Shown: piece after piece, positions 10,625 through 24,831 of the stretch
Layout of the letters: each line of letters opens with the position of its first letter
Numbering within the stretch: the stretch's first letter is position 1
Origin: Lama guanicoe
Taxonomy: Eukaryota
DNA length: 64,000 bases
Assembly: GCA_013239625.1 (NCBI GenBank)
Contig: MU053559.1
Location: 868,001-932,000, forward strand
Reading direction: 5' to 3'
Made by a program: the position numbers and the translations under genes
Notes under the pieces: generated by a model
Database searches by the model: none
What the model saw: the letters and a program-made list of their open reading frames with translations, nothing else
What the model was told of the DNA's origin: nothing

Positions 10625-13225
10625 GGAGGATTCTGAGAAGATGAAGAAGTAGAAAGCACCATAAATCTCTCTCCCATCTAAACAACAATTTCACTGGCAG
10701 AATCTGTCTGGTGTAACTATTTTGGAACTCTAGAGAAGAGAGAAAGGAGCAGAGAGAATATTTAAAGAAATAATGGCCAAAAATTCTCTAATTTGATGAA
10801 AGATATGAATATAAACATCTAAGCAGCTCAATGAACTTTAAGTAAGATTTACTCACATAGAGCTACAGAAAGACACATTATAAGTGGTCAAAAGACAAAA
10901 ACAAAGAATTTTGAAAGCAGCAAGAGAGAAGTGACTCATCACATACAAGCCATCCTCCATAAGATCATGAGCAGATTTTTCATCAGAAACTTTGGAGGCC
11001 AGAAGGCAGGGGGCTGATATACTCACAATGTTAAGAGAAAAAAAAACTGCCAACCAAGAATCCTATGTCTGGAAAAATTGTCCTTCAAATGTGAGGGATA
11101 AATTAAAACAATACCATATAACCAAAAGTTGAGAGAGTTCATTACCACTAGGCCTACCCTGCAAGAAATGATAAAGGGAGTCCTGCAGGTTGAAATGAAA
11201 GGACAATAGGCAGTAATTTGAAGACATATGAAAAAATAAAAGATCTCAGTAAAGGTAAATGCACAGGCAGTTATAAAAGGAGGCATTATTGTAACTATGG
11301 TATGTATGCATAGTTTTTGTTTTCTACATAATATGAGACTAATACATTTTTAAAGACCAGTTATTAATCTAGAAGATAGTATTATTCTAATTTTGGTTTG
11401 TAACTCCACATTTTGTTTTCTACATAATTTGACAGACTAATGCATTTCAAAAACAAATTATTAGCTTAAGTTTTTGGACACAATGTATAAAAATGTAATT
11501 TTGTGAAATAAGCAACTGAAAGAGGTGGGGATGGGCTGTTAAAGGAGAAGATTGTGTATGTTACTGAAATTAAGCTGGTATGAATATAAAAAAGAAATGA
11601 GAAGGGAATTATAAGCTTCACTAAAAAAAAAAAGGAAACTCAACAACTAAATACAAAAGAAGACAGTGTTGCAGGAAATGAGGGACCAAAAGCTATAAGA
11701 CATATAGGAAACAAATAGCAAAATGGAACTAAGTCCCTCCTTATCAGTAATTATTTTGAAGGAAATAGAGTAAATTCCAATCAAAAGACAGAGATTGGCA
11801 GAATGGATTTTTTTAACATTTTTTATTGATTTATAATCATTTTACAGTGTTGTGTCAAATTCCAGTGTTCAGCACAATTTTTCAGTCATTCATGGACATA
11901 GGACATATACACACTCATTGTCACATTTTTTTCTCTGTGATTTATCATAACATTTTGTGTATATTTCCCTGTGCTATACAGTGTAATCTTGTTTATCTAT
12001 TCTACAATTTTGAAATCCCAGTCTATCCCTTCCCACCCTCTACCCCCCTGGTAACCACAAGTCTGTATTCTCTGTCCATGAGTCTTTAGATTCCACATAT
12101 GAGTGATCTCATATGGTATTTTTCTTTCTCTTTCTGGCTTACTTCACTTAGAATGACATTCTCTAGGAGCATCCATGTTGCTGCAAATGGCGTTATGTTG
12201 TCAGTTTTTATGGCTGAGTAGTATTCCATTGTATAAATATACCACATCTTCTTTATCCAGTCACCTGTTGATGGACATTTAGGCTGTTTCCATGTCAGAA
12301 TGGATTTTTTAAAAAGTGATTCAACTATTTGCTGTCCACGAGGAATTCATTTTGGACCCCCAAACACTAATAGGTTGAAAGTGAAAGGATGTAAAAGGTT
12401 ATTCCATGCAAATAATAATCAAAAAGAGAGCAAGGATGGCTATATTAATATTAGACAAAATAAACTTTAAATTAAAAAAATGTTAACAAGAGACAAAGAA
12501 GGACATTATATAATTTTTAAAAGTTCAATATAGAAGACTATGTAACAATTATAAACATTTACACACCTAATAACAGACCATCAAAATATATGAATCAAAA
12601 ATTGACCAAATTGAATGGGTATATAGTTCTACAATAATGGATACTTCAAACCCGTCTCCCAATAATGAGTAGGCAAACCAAACAGAAGGTAACTAAGGAA
12701 ACAGAGGACATAAACAACACAATAAACCAACAGAATGGAGAAAATATTTACAAATCATACATCTGATAAGGGATTAATATCCAGAATATAGAGTACCCCT
12801 AAAACTCAACAACAACAACAAAACAACCCAATTTAAAAATGGGCAGAGGACTTAAATAGACATTTTTCCAAGGAAGACATACAGATGGCCAATAGGCACA
12901 TGAACAGATGCTCAACATCGCTATCATTAGAGAACTGCAAATCAAAAGTACAGTGTAATACCACCTCACACCTATTAGGATAGCTACTACCAAAAACCAG
13001 AAGATAACTAGTGTTGGCAAGAATGTGGGAAAATTGGAAACCTTGTGCACTGCTGGTGGGAATATCAAATGTACAGCTGCTATGGACAAAGTATAGCAGT
13101 TTCTCAAAAAAATTAAAAATAGAACTACCATGTGATGAAGCAATTCCACTTCTGGATATATAGTCAAAAGAATTGAAAGCAGGGTCTTAAAGAGATATTT
13201 GTACTCCCATGATCATAGCAGCTCT
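10625..13225 (+). mobile_element. Fragmented older LINE-1 (5' UTR, ORF1, ORF2 pieces)
   Basis: L1 ORF1-like motifs (ttttgaaagcagcaagagagaag, cagaaactttggaggccagaag) and ORF2 endonuclease and C-terminal nucleotide motifs. Confidence 0.8.
11814..12295 (-). mobile_element. Young 5'-truncated LINE-1 inserted in an older L1
   Basis: Flanked by a 15-bp TSD CAGAATGGATTTTTT (11799-11813 and 12296-12310); nearly identical to the copy at ~36532-36840. Confidence 0.85.
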
Positions 13226-13499
13226 CTGAAAGAGCTGTAACTCTCTTCTGCCCCTTCCAGTACCAGGAATATGGCCTTTTCAAGTCTACTACTGAACTGG
13301 GGCACTGAGGGTGGAAGTAGGGAAAGTTAAAACGCCACAGAGTTTACTGTTCTTATTGAGACTCAATATATTTTCTTGACTAAATACTTCCCAGGTAACT
13401 GAAAACCTTTGGTTAATTTTCAGAGTTGTGAAGAAGTTGATTTTGATAATATTTGCCAAATTTTTGTTGCTTTTATGGCAGAGTGAACTTCCAGGGATC

Positions 13500-14460
13500 C
13501 TTACTCCTCCATCTTTGCTGATAGTACTCCCTTTTATCTTTTTTTACATCTTTAGGATCTGCAGTGATTTATCCTCTGTCATTCTTACTATTAATGACTA
13601 GTGTCTTCTCTCTTTTTTTTCAGATCATTCTGGCTTGAGGTTTCAGTTTTATTGATCTTCTCAAAGAACCAGCTTCTGGTTTCCTTAATTTCCTCTATTG
13701 GTTTTCTGGTTTCTATTTCATGAATTTCTGCTCTGATCTTTATTCTTTCTTCTGATTACTTTAGATTTAATTTGCCCTTGTAGCTTTAGTTTCTTAAAAA
13801 GGAAGCATTCTTTTTTTAATATAAATGTTTAGTATAAATATAGTATAAATTTACTTCTAAGTATTTCTTTAACTGCATCCCCAAATTTTTACATGTTGTG
13901 CTCTCACTTTAATTTAGGCCAAAATACCTTCTAATTTCAAGTTTTACTTGTTCTTTAATCTGTAGATTATTTAGAAGTATGTAATTTAGTTTCAAAACAT
14001 TTGGGGATTTTCCAGAGATCTTTCTGTTTCTGATGTCTAATTTAATTCAATTCTGGTCCCAGACCATACTTTATATGATGTGAATACTTTTAAATTTATA
14101 TGATTGGTTTCAAAGCCCTGAATATGGTCTATCTTGGTAAATGGGTTACATGTACTCTTGTAAAGAAAGTATAGTCTGCTGACGGTTGGAGTGTTCTATA
14201 AATGTCAATGAGGGCAAGTTGATTGATAGTGTTATTCAAGTCTTATATATCCTTACTTCTCTTCTGTTTACTTATTCTAGTGATTATTGAGAGGGGGGTA
14301 TTGAAATATTTGACTGTAATTGTGGATTTATCTGTTTCTCCTTACAATTCTATCAGATTTTTCTTGACATATTTTGAAGCTCTGTTATTAGGTCCCTAAA
14401 CATTCAGGATTATGTCCTTGTGATGAATTTCCCCCTTTATAATTACAGAATGAACCTGTC
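13500..14460 (-). mobile_element. Old LINE-1 ORF2 fragment
   Basis: Antisense L1 endonuclease-region motifs (aaagaaccagcttctggtt, atatggtctatcttggt, ttgaagctctgttattagg). Confidence 0.8.
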
Positions 14461-14824
14461 AAGAGAAAACAATTGTGACTCTAATAGTATTTAAAGGTTT
14501 TATTCAACTGATGTCCATCAGCTAGAAACTTAATAAAAATAAACTCCCCAAGCTGAAGCAGGTTTAATTTATATAGGGCAAGAAGAAAGGTAAGTGACTG
14601 TGGTCTTTCCCAACCTGCAATTTTCCTTATCTGTAACTGCTGAAAATTTGTGGTTGGAACTGTTGACTGTTCCAGTTTTTCATGCCCTTTTCTTAGGATC
14701 ATTGGTGCAATATCATGCCTGCAGATTTCAGAACGTTTTTTTGAGAGCTATTTTTGTAATCTTAAAGGTTTTTCAAGGCTTAGGAGAGGAGGAGATTGCA
14801 AAAGGGGGGAGGGAGAAGAGAAGG

Positions 14825-17810
14825 GGAGATCAAGATGGCAGAGTAGGAGGATGTGGAGCTCACCTACCCCCACAATCATATCAAAAATACATCTGCATGT
14901 GGGGAAATTCTCACTGAAAACAAACAGGAGACTGGCAGAAAGACTCTTCTATAACCAAGGCTGTAAGACAGATCCACACAGAATCAAGTAGGAAGGGAAG
15001 AGAAGCAATCAAGTCAGGACCTGTGCCTTTGGAGGAGACACAGAAGAGGAAAGGGATTACATAGGCTTGGAGATCCTCCGTGGGGAGTGAGAAGTTGAAG
15101 CCATATATTGGGCACCCCAGCTTTGGAAGACAAGTCCCCTGAGCTGGCTTGAAAACCAGTGGGATTAACAGGAGGGCTATAAGAAACCTACACTCCACTT
15201 GTGAAGAGTCTGCACATGCTTGCTTACTCCTGGGAACAAGGGGGAGGGAGCAGATTGAAACCGCCCAGGACTCTGGCCAGTTTCCTGCAACCACCCATGC
15301 ATGCACCGCAGTCTGAGCTGAGCATCTGCTCCATGGTGCAGGTCCACATTAGGGTGAGGGCTGCCATGGGAGAAGGGAGTGCACGATTGTGAGGGATGAA
15401 GCTGGCTTGGACCCAGCCTGGCATCTGCATGGAGTGAAGGCAGCCATTGCTGGCACTTGCAGAGGTAGCGAATTAGGAATGGTCTGGAATTCTGGGGCAG
15501 GGACCATCACAGCCTGCATCCTGACCCATGCTGATTGTCTGTTCCAGTCCCTCTTGATCCATCACTGCTCCCCTTTGGGGCAAGGGTGCCAGTGCTGGGA
15601 GGGGAGAGAGCACACACAGATAGGATGGAGTTGGTCACTGAGCAGAGGAGAAGCCCTAGCCCACGCCTGGCTTGGGCTCTAGCCCCTCCATCTCCAGCCC
15701 CATCTCCTACCAAGGTGACAGCTGTCAGCACACCCTGGGAGAAATCATGACTCATGCTCATTTCAGATCCACTTCTCCCACCAAAGCCATTGGGCACTTG
15801 CAGACTGTATAGGGATGCTCCCACACAAGGACACCCCTTGAAGACCAGCATAGGTAACTGTTTCACTTAATTTCATAGAGACAGAGAAAGTTAAGCAGAA
15901 TGAGAAGGCAGAGGAGTTTATTTCAAAAGAAATAACAAGAAAAAAATGTTAAAAATAGCTAATGAAGCAGAAATAAATAATTTACCAGATAGAGTCAAAC
16001 CATTAGTAATAAGAATGCTAACGGAACTAGGGAAAAGAATAAATAAACACAGTGAGAATTTTAAGAAGGAACTAGAAAATATAAAAAAGAACCAACCAGA
16101 ACTGAAGAATACAATGACTAAAATGAAAAATACACTTGAATGAATTAACACTAGGTGATATATACAGACTGCATAAGTGAACTCTAAAGTCTTCACCAAA
16201 AAAACTATTAGAACTAATAAATGAATTCAGTGAGGTTGCAGTATACAATATTAATAAACATAAATCTGCTTAAGAATTTCTATATACTAATAACGAAATA
16301 TAGAAAGGGAAAGTTAAAAAAAATCTCATTTAAAATTGCATCAAAAAATACCTAGGAATAAACTTAACTAAGATGGTGAAAGATCTATACTCTGAAAACT
16401 ATAAAACATTGATGAAGGAAATTGAAGATGATTCAAAAAAATGGAATGATATCACTGTGCTCTTGAATTGGAAGGATTAATATTATTAAAATGGTCATAC
16501 TACCCAAGGCAATCTACAGATTTAATGCAATCCCTATGAAATTACCCATGACAGTTTTCACAGAACTAGAACAAATAATCTTAAAATTTATATGGAATTA
16601 CAAAAGACTTAGAATTGCCAAAGCAATTCTGAGAAGCAAGAGTAAAGCTGGAAGCATAACCGTCCCAGACATCAGACTATACTACAAAGCTAGAGTAATC
16701 AAAACAGCATGGCACAGGAACAAGAAAAAACATGTAGATCAATGGAACAGAATAGAAACCCCAGAAATAAACCCATGCACCTATGGTAAATTAATCTATG
16801 ACAAAGAAGGCAAGAATATACAATGTAGAAAAGACAGTTTCTTCAACAAGTGGTGCTGGGAAAACTGGACAGCTACACATAAAACAATGAGATTAGAACA
16901 TTCCCTCACATTATATACAAAAATAAGTTCAATGTGGCTTAAATACCTAAAGCTAAGACCTGAAACCATAAAATTCCTACAAGTGAACATAGGCATAACA
17001 CTCTTTGACATCAATCTTAGCAATATTTTCTCAGATCAGTCTCTTAAGGCAAAAGTAACAAAGGCGAAAATTAGAAAATGGGATCGAATTAAACTTAAAA
17101 GCTTTTGCACAGTAAAAGGAACTATCAATAAAACAAAAATACAACCTATGAAAGAGGAGAAAATATTTGCAAATGATGCAACCAACAAGGGGTTAATATC
17201 CCAAATATACAAACATCTCATACAACTCAGTATCAGAAAAACAAACAATCCAGCCCAAAAAATGGGCACTGAGGGAGGGTATAAATAGCTCAGTGGTAGA
17301 GCCCATGTTCAGCATACACAAGGTCCTGGGTTCAATCCCCAGTATTCTCATTTTAAAAAATGGGCATAAGACTTGAATACACATTTTTCCAAAGAATATA
17401 TACAGATGGCTAACAGGCACATGAAAAGATGCTCAAGTCACTAATTATTAGAGAAATGCAAATCCAAACCACAATGAGGAATCACTTCACACCTGTCAGA
17501 GTGGCTATCATCAAAAAGTCAAGTAACAAGCTTTGAAGAGGATGTGGAGAAAAGGAAACTTTTGTACACTGTTTGTAGGAAGGTAAATTGGTACAGTCAC
17601 TATGGAAAACAGTATGGAGGTTCTTTTAAAAACTAAAAATAGAACTATGATATGATCCAGTAATTCCACTCTGGGTATGTACCTGGAAAAAATGAAAACA
17701 ATAATTCAAAAAGATACATGCACCCCAATGTTCATGGCAGCAATATTTAAAATAGCCAAGATATGGAAATAATGTAAATGTCCATCAACAGATGACTGGA
17801 AAAAGAAGAT
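14825..17810 (+). mobile_element. Internally deleted LINE-1 (5' UTR, ORF1 start, ORF2 C-terminal region)
   Basis: caagatggc-type 5' start; ORF1-like peptide at 15946-16143; ORF 16491-17288 ([29 protein letters not shown]) is L1 ORF2. Confidence 0.9.
17269..17354 (+). mobile_element. Short tRNA-derived SINE (vic-1-like) inserted in L1
   Basis: tagctcagtggtagag..ggtcctgggttcaatcccc, with a 12-bp TSD AAAAAATGGGCA at 17257-17268 and 17355-17366. Confidence 0.85.
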
Positions 17811-17846
17811 GTGTGTATGTGTGTGTGTGTGTATATATATGTATAT
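17809..17846. repeat. (TG)n(TA)n microsatellite
   Basis: tgtgtgtatgtgtgtgtgtgtgtatatatatgtat. Confidence 0.85.
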
Positions 17847-17956
17847 TTTCTAGGCCACAAAACAGGTTTTTCTAATTACCATAAAGTCTAAGTTAACTCA
17901 TGTAGAAGCCAGAAGGACTATCTCATACCTCAATATGTGAAAAATTCTTCCATCAC

Positions 17957-18600
17957 TTGTATTCATAGACTTTCTCCCCAATATGTATTACCCTAAGCAT
18001 TCAAACTGAAGTCTTTTCTACATTGATTATACCCATAAGAATTTTCTCCAGTGCAATCTTCATGTGACTCCTAAGGGATGTAGGACAATTAGAGGCATTT
18101 TCAGGCTAACTTTCATAGTTTCTCCCCATTTCATATTCTCTTCTGCTTTTTAAAGTAAGAGTTTGTGCTGGAGGCTTTTCCACACTGATTTCACTCATAA
18201 CGTTTTGCTTTACATTTGTGAAGCCTTAACATTCATGAATTCCCATGTATGCTTTAATGGATATGTTCACGCCAAAGGTCTTTCCATGTTGAATACAACC
18301 AGAGGACTTCTCTTCAGTGTGAGTTTTCACATGCTTCCTAAGAGAAGGGAGATCCTTAATGGCTTTCCGAAAGTCATTGCATTCATAGACCTTCACTCAG
18401 TATTCTGTTGTGCTGAGTAAGTTTAATCCTCATGTTGAAAATTTCAAAAGAAATATTATATTCATTCAGTTTCTCCTCAGAATTCACTGTCTATTGTTGA
18501 TTAAGAGATGTGTTATGACTGAAGAAATTCATCTATTCATTATCTTCATTGGAATTCTCCTCTTCTGTTATGGATGTGGTGGATACTATACTTTTAAATG
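17957..18600 (-). pseudogene. Decayed C2H2 (Kruppel-type) zinc-finger array
   Basis: 18396-18226 translates VKVYECNDFRKAIKDLPSLRKHVKTHTEEKSSGCIQHGKTF..*. Further remnants: QCGKA (~18188-18172), TGE (~18053-18044), GEKVYEY (~17981-17960). Many stops and frameshifts. Confidence 0.75.
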
Positions 18601-18910
18601 ATTTCCTGTGCATGTACATGGTTCCTGCCCTAAGGTTTTTTTTCCAAGTTGAAAGGATGACTCTTGTGCAATAGGACTCTGTCATGCTCATTATTTTCAT
18701 ATGGAGATTTTATGATAATTGTTTAAGGCTTAATTATTTTATAAACACTCAATATCTGAGTCAAATTAATGGAAATATGTATGTATGAATTCCCACTGGA
18801 AAAAAAACATGTTTTGAGCTAAATGTATAATATTCATAGTATCTTTTCTGAGACACCGCTTTCTCCTGAGTGAATTCCACTTGCCTAAATGATTTCCCAG
18901 CTCTTAGATG

Positions 18911-19383
18911 GTATATTAGGTTCCTGTTGCCTCTTTAACAAGTTACTACAAACCTAGTGGCTTAAAACAACACAATGTTTTAATCTCACAGTTTTGGAGG
19001 TCAGAGTCTGAATTCAGTTGCCCTGGACCAATGTCAAGGTGTTGGCAGGGCTGGTTCTTTCTGGAAGCTCTGAAGGAAGAATCTTTCCTTACCTTTTTCA
19101 GCTTGTAGTGGCCGCTGGATTATGGGTCCTTTCTCCATCTTCAAAGCTGATTCTGTCATCACATTCCTTCTCTTCTGCAGTCAAATCTCCCTCAGCTTCC
19201 CTTGTATAAGGACACTTGTGATTACATTTAGGGCCCACCTGGATAACCCAGCATGGTCTCCTCATCTTAACATCCTTAACTTCATCACATCTACAAAGTC
19301 TATTTTGCCCATATAAGCTAACATTCACAGGCTCCAGGGATTAGGGTCTGGATAGTTTGGGGTCCGTTATTCAGCCTACTACA
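18911..19383 (-). mobile_element. MaLR solo LTR (MLT1-type)
   Basis: gtggcttaaaacaacac, cttgtataaggacacttgtgattacatttagggcccacctggataa, attcagcctactaca. Confidence 0.8.
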
Positions 19384-21464
19384 CATGGCTTTTCTAATTC
19401 AGGGCACTTTCAATATTTTCTTAATGTGAAAAACAAAGAAATATCCCTTGTGACTCTTACCATGCTCAGGTCATTGCATGGCTGTTCCCCAGATATATCC
19501 TACTGAAAGGTTGACCCTGGGTGTTTAAGTAAACTCTCAATCTGAAACAAACTTGACAGATATTTAAAATATGAAGAAAGAAATGCCAGAATAAAGGTTT
19601 AAAAAGTCAATATGAGGGTCAAAAGGTACAAACTTCCAGTTATAAAACAAACAAATAATGCAGATGTAATGTACTAAAAAAAAAAGTCAGTACAGTCAAT
19701 AATAGATTTCTTCCAAATTCAAAATACGGACCCTTAGTTGGAAAAGAATGCAGTCACAAGCAAAGACGGACTTTGAGAACGTTGGCTGTACAACCATGTT
19801 GGCAATTACAGAAATAATCTGTAGACGTTTTTAAGTCATTTACTAACAATGATTCTATGGCAATTGAGACTGCTGTTGACAAAAAGAAGTTATTATCAGA
19901 AATTAGAAATTAAGAGACCATATTAAAATGTTAAATTTAAAGAAGATAAATAGGTCTTTCTCTGGGATTTGTCTGCTGGGTTTGCATGGTTGATGGCCTA
20001 TTCATGGGAAAGAGTACATGGTATAGGATGATTATGCAGAGAATAAGACCTTCCATGAAATAGCTGCCAACATTTTCACCCTCAGGGGTTCTAAAATAGG
20101 CAAGTGTGACTGTGAGAGCAGCAAATGAGCATATCAAAGTTCTCATCAACCAAATAAAATCTTTCAAAAGGATCCCAAACTCAAAAACCCATTCTGTGCC
20201 TCCAATATACTGAGGATCTCTGATGTGAAACTCATGCCCAAGTATAGATACACATTTAAGGAACCCAAGCCTTTTTACCATGGAGGATTCAAAAAGACAG
20301 TGAAAAGTACAGGTTTTTATTTTCATCGGGAAATCATTAGACAACAAGCTTCAAGATGGAAGGATCATTTTTGTCTTCTGTGCTGGTGTTCTTCCAGTCA
20401 CCAGCCCGCATCCTGGAACAGAATAGATGTTTAAGAAATATTTGCCCTATAAATGACTAAGGGAAGGAATAATGCCATTTGTGCATATTGTCACCAGGTT
20501 GCTGTAGTTCTTCAGCACAACATCTCTGTATAGGATCCTCTGAGGTCTAACAGATCCCCTTTCTCCCCAGGGGAAGTCCATAGCCAAATACCTGAAGGCT
20601 GCTGCTTCCAATAAAACCTCACAGATTCTGTCTCAGTGAGATGCCATCTGCTTTACTGTTCATAGGAGGATGAATGAGATGACAGCCCTGTGGTATGGAG
20701 ACCACATTCACAGGAAATTTAGATGGGTTTTCTACCCTCAAGCTCAGTATCCACACTCAATCCCAAGGAAGTCTACCACATCCTGGTCTCATAACTCTAA
20801 TAGCATCTCTAACACATGTCTTAGCTTATATTTCCAATACTAGACTCTGAGTTCTTCCAGACTGATTCCTCTCTTTCTCCAGCATTGAGCATAGTCCCAA
20901 GAACAATGTAGGCATGAGCAAAACACTCAATAAATGAAAAATTATTTCCCCAGTGAGATTAAGAGATCTCTTGAGGCAAAGAAATCTTCTCTCCTTCTGT
21001 AGTGTCCACCACAGCGCTCAGCAGAATGTGATGTCCAAGGGAGGTCAGCAAGCCCGGGTTAGGAGTTGAATGGGAACATTTCTGTGTAGTCCCTCCTATC
21101 CACAAGCAGCCCTGAGACCTGACAATACATGATCAGGAATCCAGGCAGTGATTGCTGCAGTCTGTTTTAGGGAACTTCTAGCCAGGCAAAGGAGAAATGT
21201 CTACCTGGTGTCTACTTTTTGGAAAAGGGTGAAATTCCTACTCACTTGTGACAAATCTGTCATCGACCCAGAAGCCACTATTTCCTACCCTTGGCTGTGG
21301 AGCCAAGACAGTAAAAGCTTCTCACCTTTCACAGTCACAAGCCTGAATGCTTCTACATACACTAATTTTGAGCTCCTCCTCTCTCCCGCCATATTCACAC
21401 ACTATTGTCATAAGAATTCATGGTAGTCATGTCTTACCCAGCATCAGAAAAGAAGATTCTGGAT

Positions 21465-21805
21465 GAGGAGTGGAGGGGAATGGATGAAGGGAGTCAAAAG
21501 ATACAAACTTCCAGTTGTATGATAAATAAATACTAGGGATGTAATATACATGATTAATATAACTAACAATGATGTATGTTATATTTGAACGTTGTTAAGA
21601 GAGTGAATCCTGAGTTCTTATTTTAAGGAAATTTTTTTCTTTTTTTCTTTTATTTTGTATCTATATGAGATGACAGATAATGCACTAAACATATTGGGGT
21701 AATCAGTTCATGATGCATGTAAGTCAAATCATTATGCTCTACACCTTAAACCTGCATGGTGATGTATGTCAATTATATGTCAATAAAATTGTAAGAAAAT
21801 AAAAG
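21465..21805 (+). mobile_element. LINE-1 3' end
   Basis: gtcaaaagatacaaacttccagtt..tcaattatatgtcaataaaa followed by an A-rich tail. Confidence 0.75.
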
Positions 21806-22054
21806 AGGACTCTGGGCTTTGCTGCCCATGAGGAAGAGATTAACAGTTCTAGCTTGAGAACATAGCTGGCCGGGTCAACTTCATTCCCCCCTAATCCAGT
21901 GGAATCTGGTGTCCTGTTTCATCACCAACCATCAACCAATAGTAATGCGACATAAATCATTAGCTTTCTCATGGCAGTAGACCAGTCCACACATGTGAAA
22001 GTCTTTGAAAATGTAACATGCTCTACATTTTCTAATATATTCACATTAACTTTA

Positions 22055-22290
22055 AGTGCCAGTTTTTGAGGACTCCCTATATGCTGGAGAGCATCCTGAG
22101 AACTTCACCTGCATTTGTCCATTTAACTCTAATTCTGCCAAGTACATATTATTCCTCCCACTTAATGGCTGAGGAAACTTAGGCACAGAGATGATGATGA
22201 ACCTAAGACTGACAGAGTTATTAACATGCCCAGTGGGAAAAAGGCTGAGTTAGGATTTGAATACCAGTCTGTCTGTTTCCAAAGCCTAAA
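22055..22290 (-). mobile_element. MIR SINE
   Basis: gaggaaacttaggcacagag core and aggatttgaataccagtctgtctg. Confidence 0.7.
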
Positions 22291-22394
22291 CTCTCCTAAC
22301 CACTACATTTCTATGGAAAGAAATGTAAAAGTTTTGAAATTTTTGGGGATATTGTGATTCTTTACCATACCCACCCAGGAGATGATCATGCAAG

Positions 22395-22560
22395 GTTACT
22401 AATTCATGTGTTGTGTGTAGACCAGTAGCATGATCTGGGAACGTGTTAGAAATTAAGAATCTTGAGCCCCAACTCAGACCTCCTGAATAAAAATGAGCAT
22501 TATCCTGAACCAGGTCCTCAGGGGTTTCAGGTGCATGGCTGAATTGGAGAAACACTAGGC
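22395..22560. mobile_element. MER5A-like hAT MITE
   Basis: accagtagcatgatctgggaacgtgttagaaat..cagacctcctgaat..ttggagaaacact. Confidence 0.65.
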
Positions 22561-24831
22561 TAGAACTCTGGCAGGTGCCATTAAGCACTAGCAAATGAAA
22601 TGGTCCATTCATTCAGATATCCTGGAGCTCCTCCTGCTGGCAAAACACCTGCATTCAGGCCCCTACCTCTGGCTCACTCATTTATTAAATCCATTCAACT
22701 ATTTATTCAAACCTTGCTACATGGAGGCACTGAGGAGTCATCAGTGAATGATCACAAACCACAGCACATATTGGAGAACTTACAATCTACTGGTTAAAAG
22801 CAGAAATCAAACTACTAATAAATTACATATTGGGTGGTGTTAAGTTCGGTTGGAAAAACAAAGAAAGCTGACGGAGTATGAGGTGCCAAAAACACGCACA
22901 CATCCAAGAGTATTTGTATTGAGAAGCAGGACTGATTTTGAGCAAGATAAGTAAATAGTTATCTTTATGAGCAGATAAGACAAATAACTATTTCACAGAG
23001 CACTATAAATTAAGACCTGGCTTGCTCAAAAAATGTTATTGAAACCTCAAAGCATTAGAAAGAACTTGAAATGTCATCGTTCTGCAAAACCTCTGATGTT
23101 GGTTTACTTCAACTTACCCTAACCAGGAGGTGTTGAAGTCAAACAGTTCTTGGCCCTCTTCTTCTGCAGAGGGCGGAACTTGGGTCTCCTCCCATGCTGG
23201 AAAGAGGCATGACAAAGAGGGTCTAAAGAGTGCTCATGCCAAAAATATGGTCTACTGTCATCCCCTCCCAAATCCACACTTCAGTGTAATCAAGAGAAAA
23301 ATACCAAACACACCCAGACTGGGGGACATTCTACAGGATACTTGGCCAGTACTCCTCAAGACTGTCAAGGTCATGAAAAAACAAGGGGGGAATAAGAAGC
23401 TGTCATAGACTTGAGGAGACTGGGGAGACATGACAACTAAATACAATGTGGTCCTTGGATTGGATTCTAGAACAGAAAAAAGGACATTAATGGAAAAGAC
23501 TGGTGAAATCCAAAAAAGATTGAAGTTTTACTTAATAGCAATGTGTCCCTGTTGGTTTCTCCATTTTTGATAAATAAACCATGGAAATGTAAAATCTCAA
23601 TGATGGGAAAAATTGGAGAGGGGTATACAGAAACTCTTTATAATATCTTTGCAACTTTTCTGTAAATCTAAAATTATTCCAAATTAAAAAGTTTTTTTGT
23701 AAAGAAAACAACCTCAGTTCAAAGATTGGCAAAAGGTTGATACTTGTTGCAGCTGGGTGGTAAGTACAAGGCAACTCATTATACTGTTTTCTCCACTTTA
23801 ATGTCTGTTTGAAAATATCCATAATAAAAATATTTTAAAGAAAAAAGATTTCATTCTGATTATTCGAAATATTCCATAAGGTAAACATGTAGCAAAACTA
23901 AGAAAAATCGAGAGAAAAGTCATCCCAAAAATAGAATGAAAAGGGAGAAATAACTACAAAAGTAACAGTTACTTTAAAAGGCTTACAGAATATTGTAAGC
24001 AATTACACATTAATTCAAAACCTAGTTAATGCTACCTGAATCTGCATATCAATCTTAGTAGTATCACAAAAGGCAGGATGACAGACATTGTCAATCAACA
24101 GAAATATACAGCAATAGAAAGTACAAAATACCATCTACGAAGCATGGCCAAAAAAAAAAAAATTGAACCTAAATCTAATGCAGCACCTAGATCTAGCTCA
24201 CGTTTACAAGAAACAGTACCAAGAATGGAAAAAAATCAAAAGACATCACGATGGAAAAAAATCACGTTGTGGAACGTTGTTCAGGGCAAATGACTAGAAT
24301 TCTCCACAAAGTCAATTTCATTAAAAAAGTGAGAGGACTGTTATGACTTGAGACATTAACAGCCAAATACAAGGTACGAACGTTCTTCTATATTCCTGCC
24401 TTCTTCTCCCTGGATTATTTTGAAGCGAATCCCAGACATCTTATTATTTCTTCTTAAATATTTTCAATGTTACTTTCCCAAATAAGAATACCTTTGAAAA
24501 TAATTACTGTAATACCATTACCACAATTCCAGATTAACAGCAAGTATCCAGTGTTCAAATTACCCCAATTACCTCATACATTCTTAATGAATTGTTTGGA
24601 TCAGGATGCAAATAAGGCTCACAAATTATAATTGGTTGATATAGTTCTTAAATTTCTCAATCTATGTGCTCCTCGTCCACCACGTACCCTCCTTGCACAC
24701 ATTTGTAGATGAAAAGAGATAGTCTTAAAGGAGTTCCAAATGAATGTACTTGGAATGAATTTCCAAATGCACCCCAGGGTGTTCCTCTGCTCCATATATT
24801 TCTGGCAAATTGGTGGTTAGATCTAAAGTCT

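Noticed and set aside
16491..17288. 265-aa ORF as a host gene
   Set aside because: It is LINE-1 ORF2 C-terminal sequence, ended by a SINE insertion.
17280..17345. tRNA gene
   Set aside because: A and B boxes are present, but it has TSDs and similar diverged copies elsewhere in the window, so it is a SINE.
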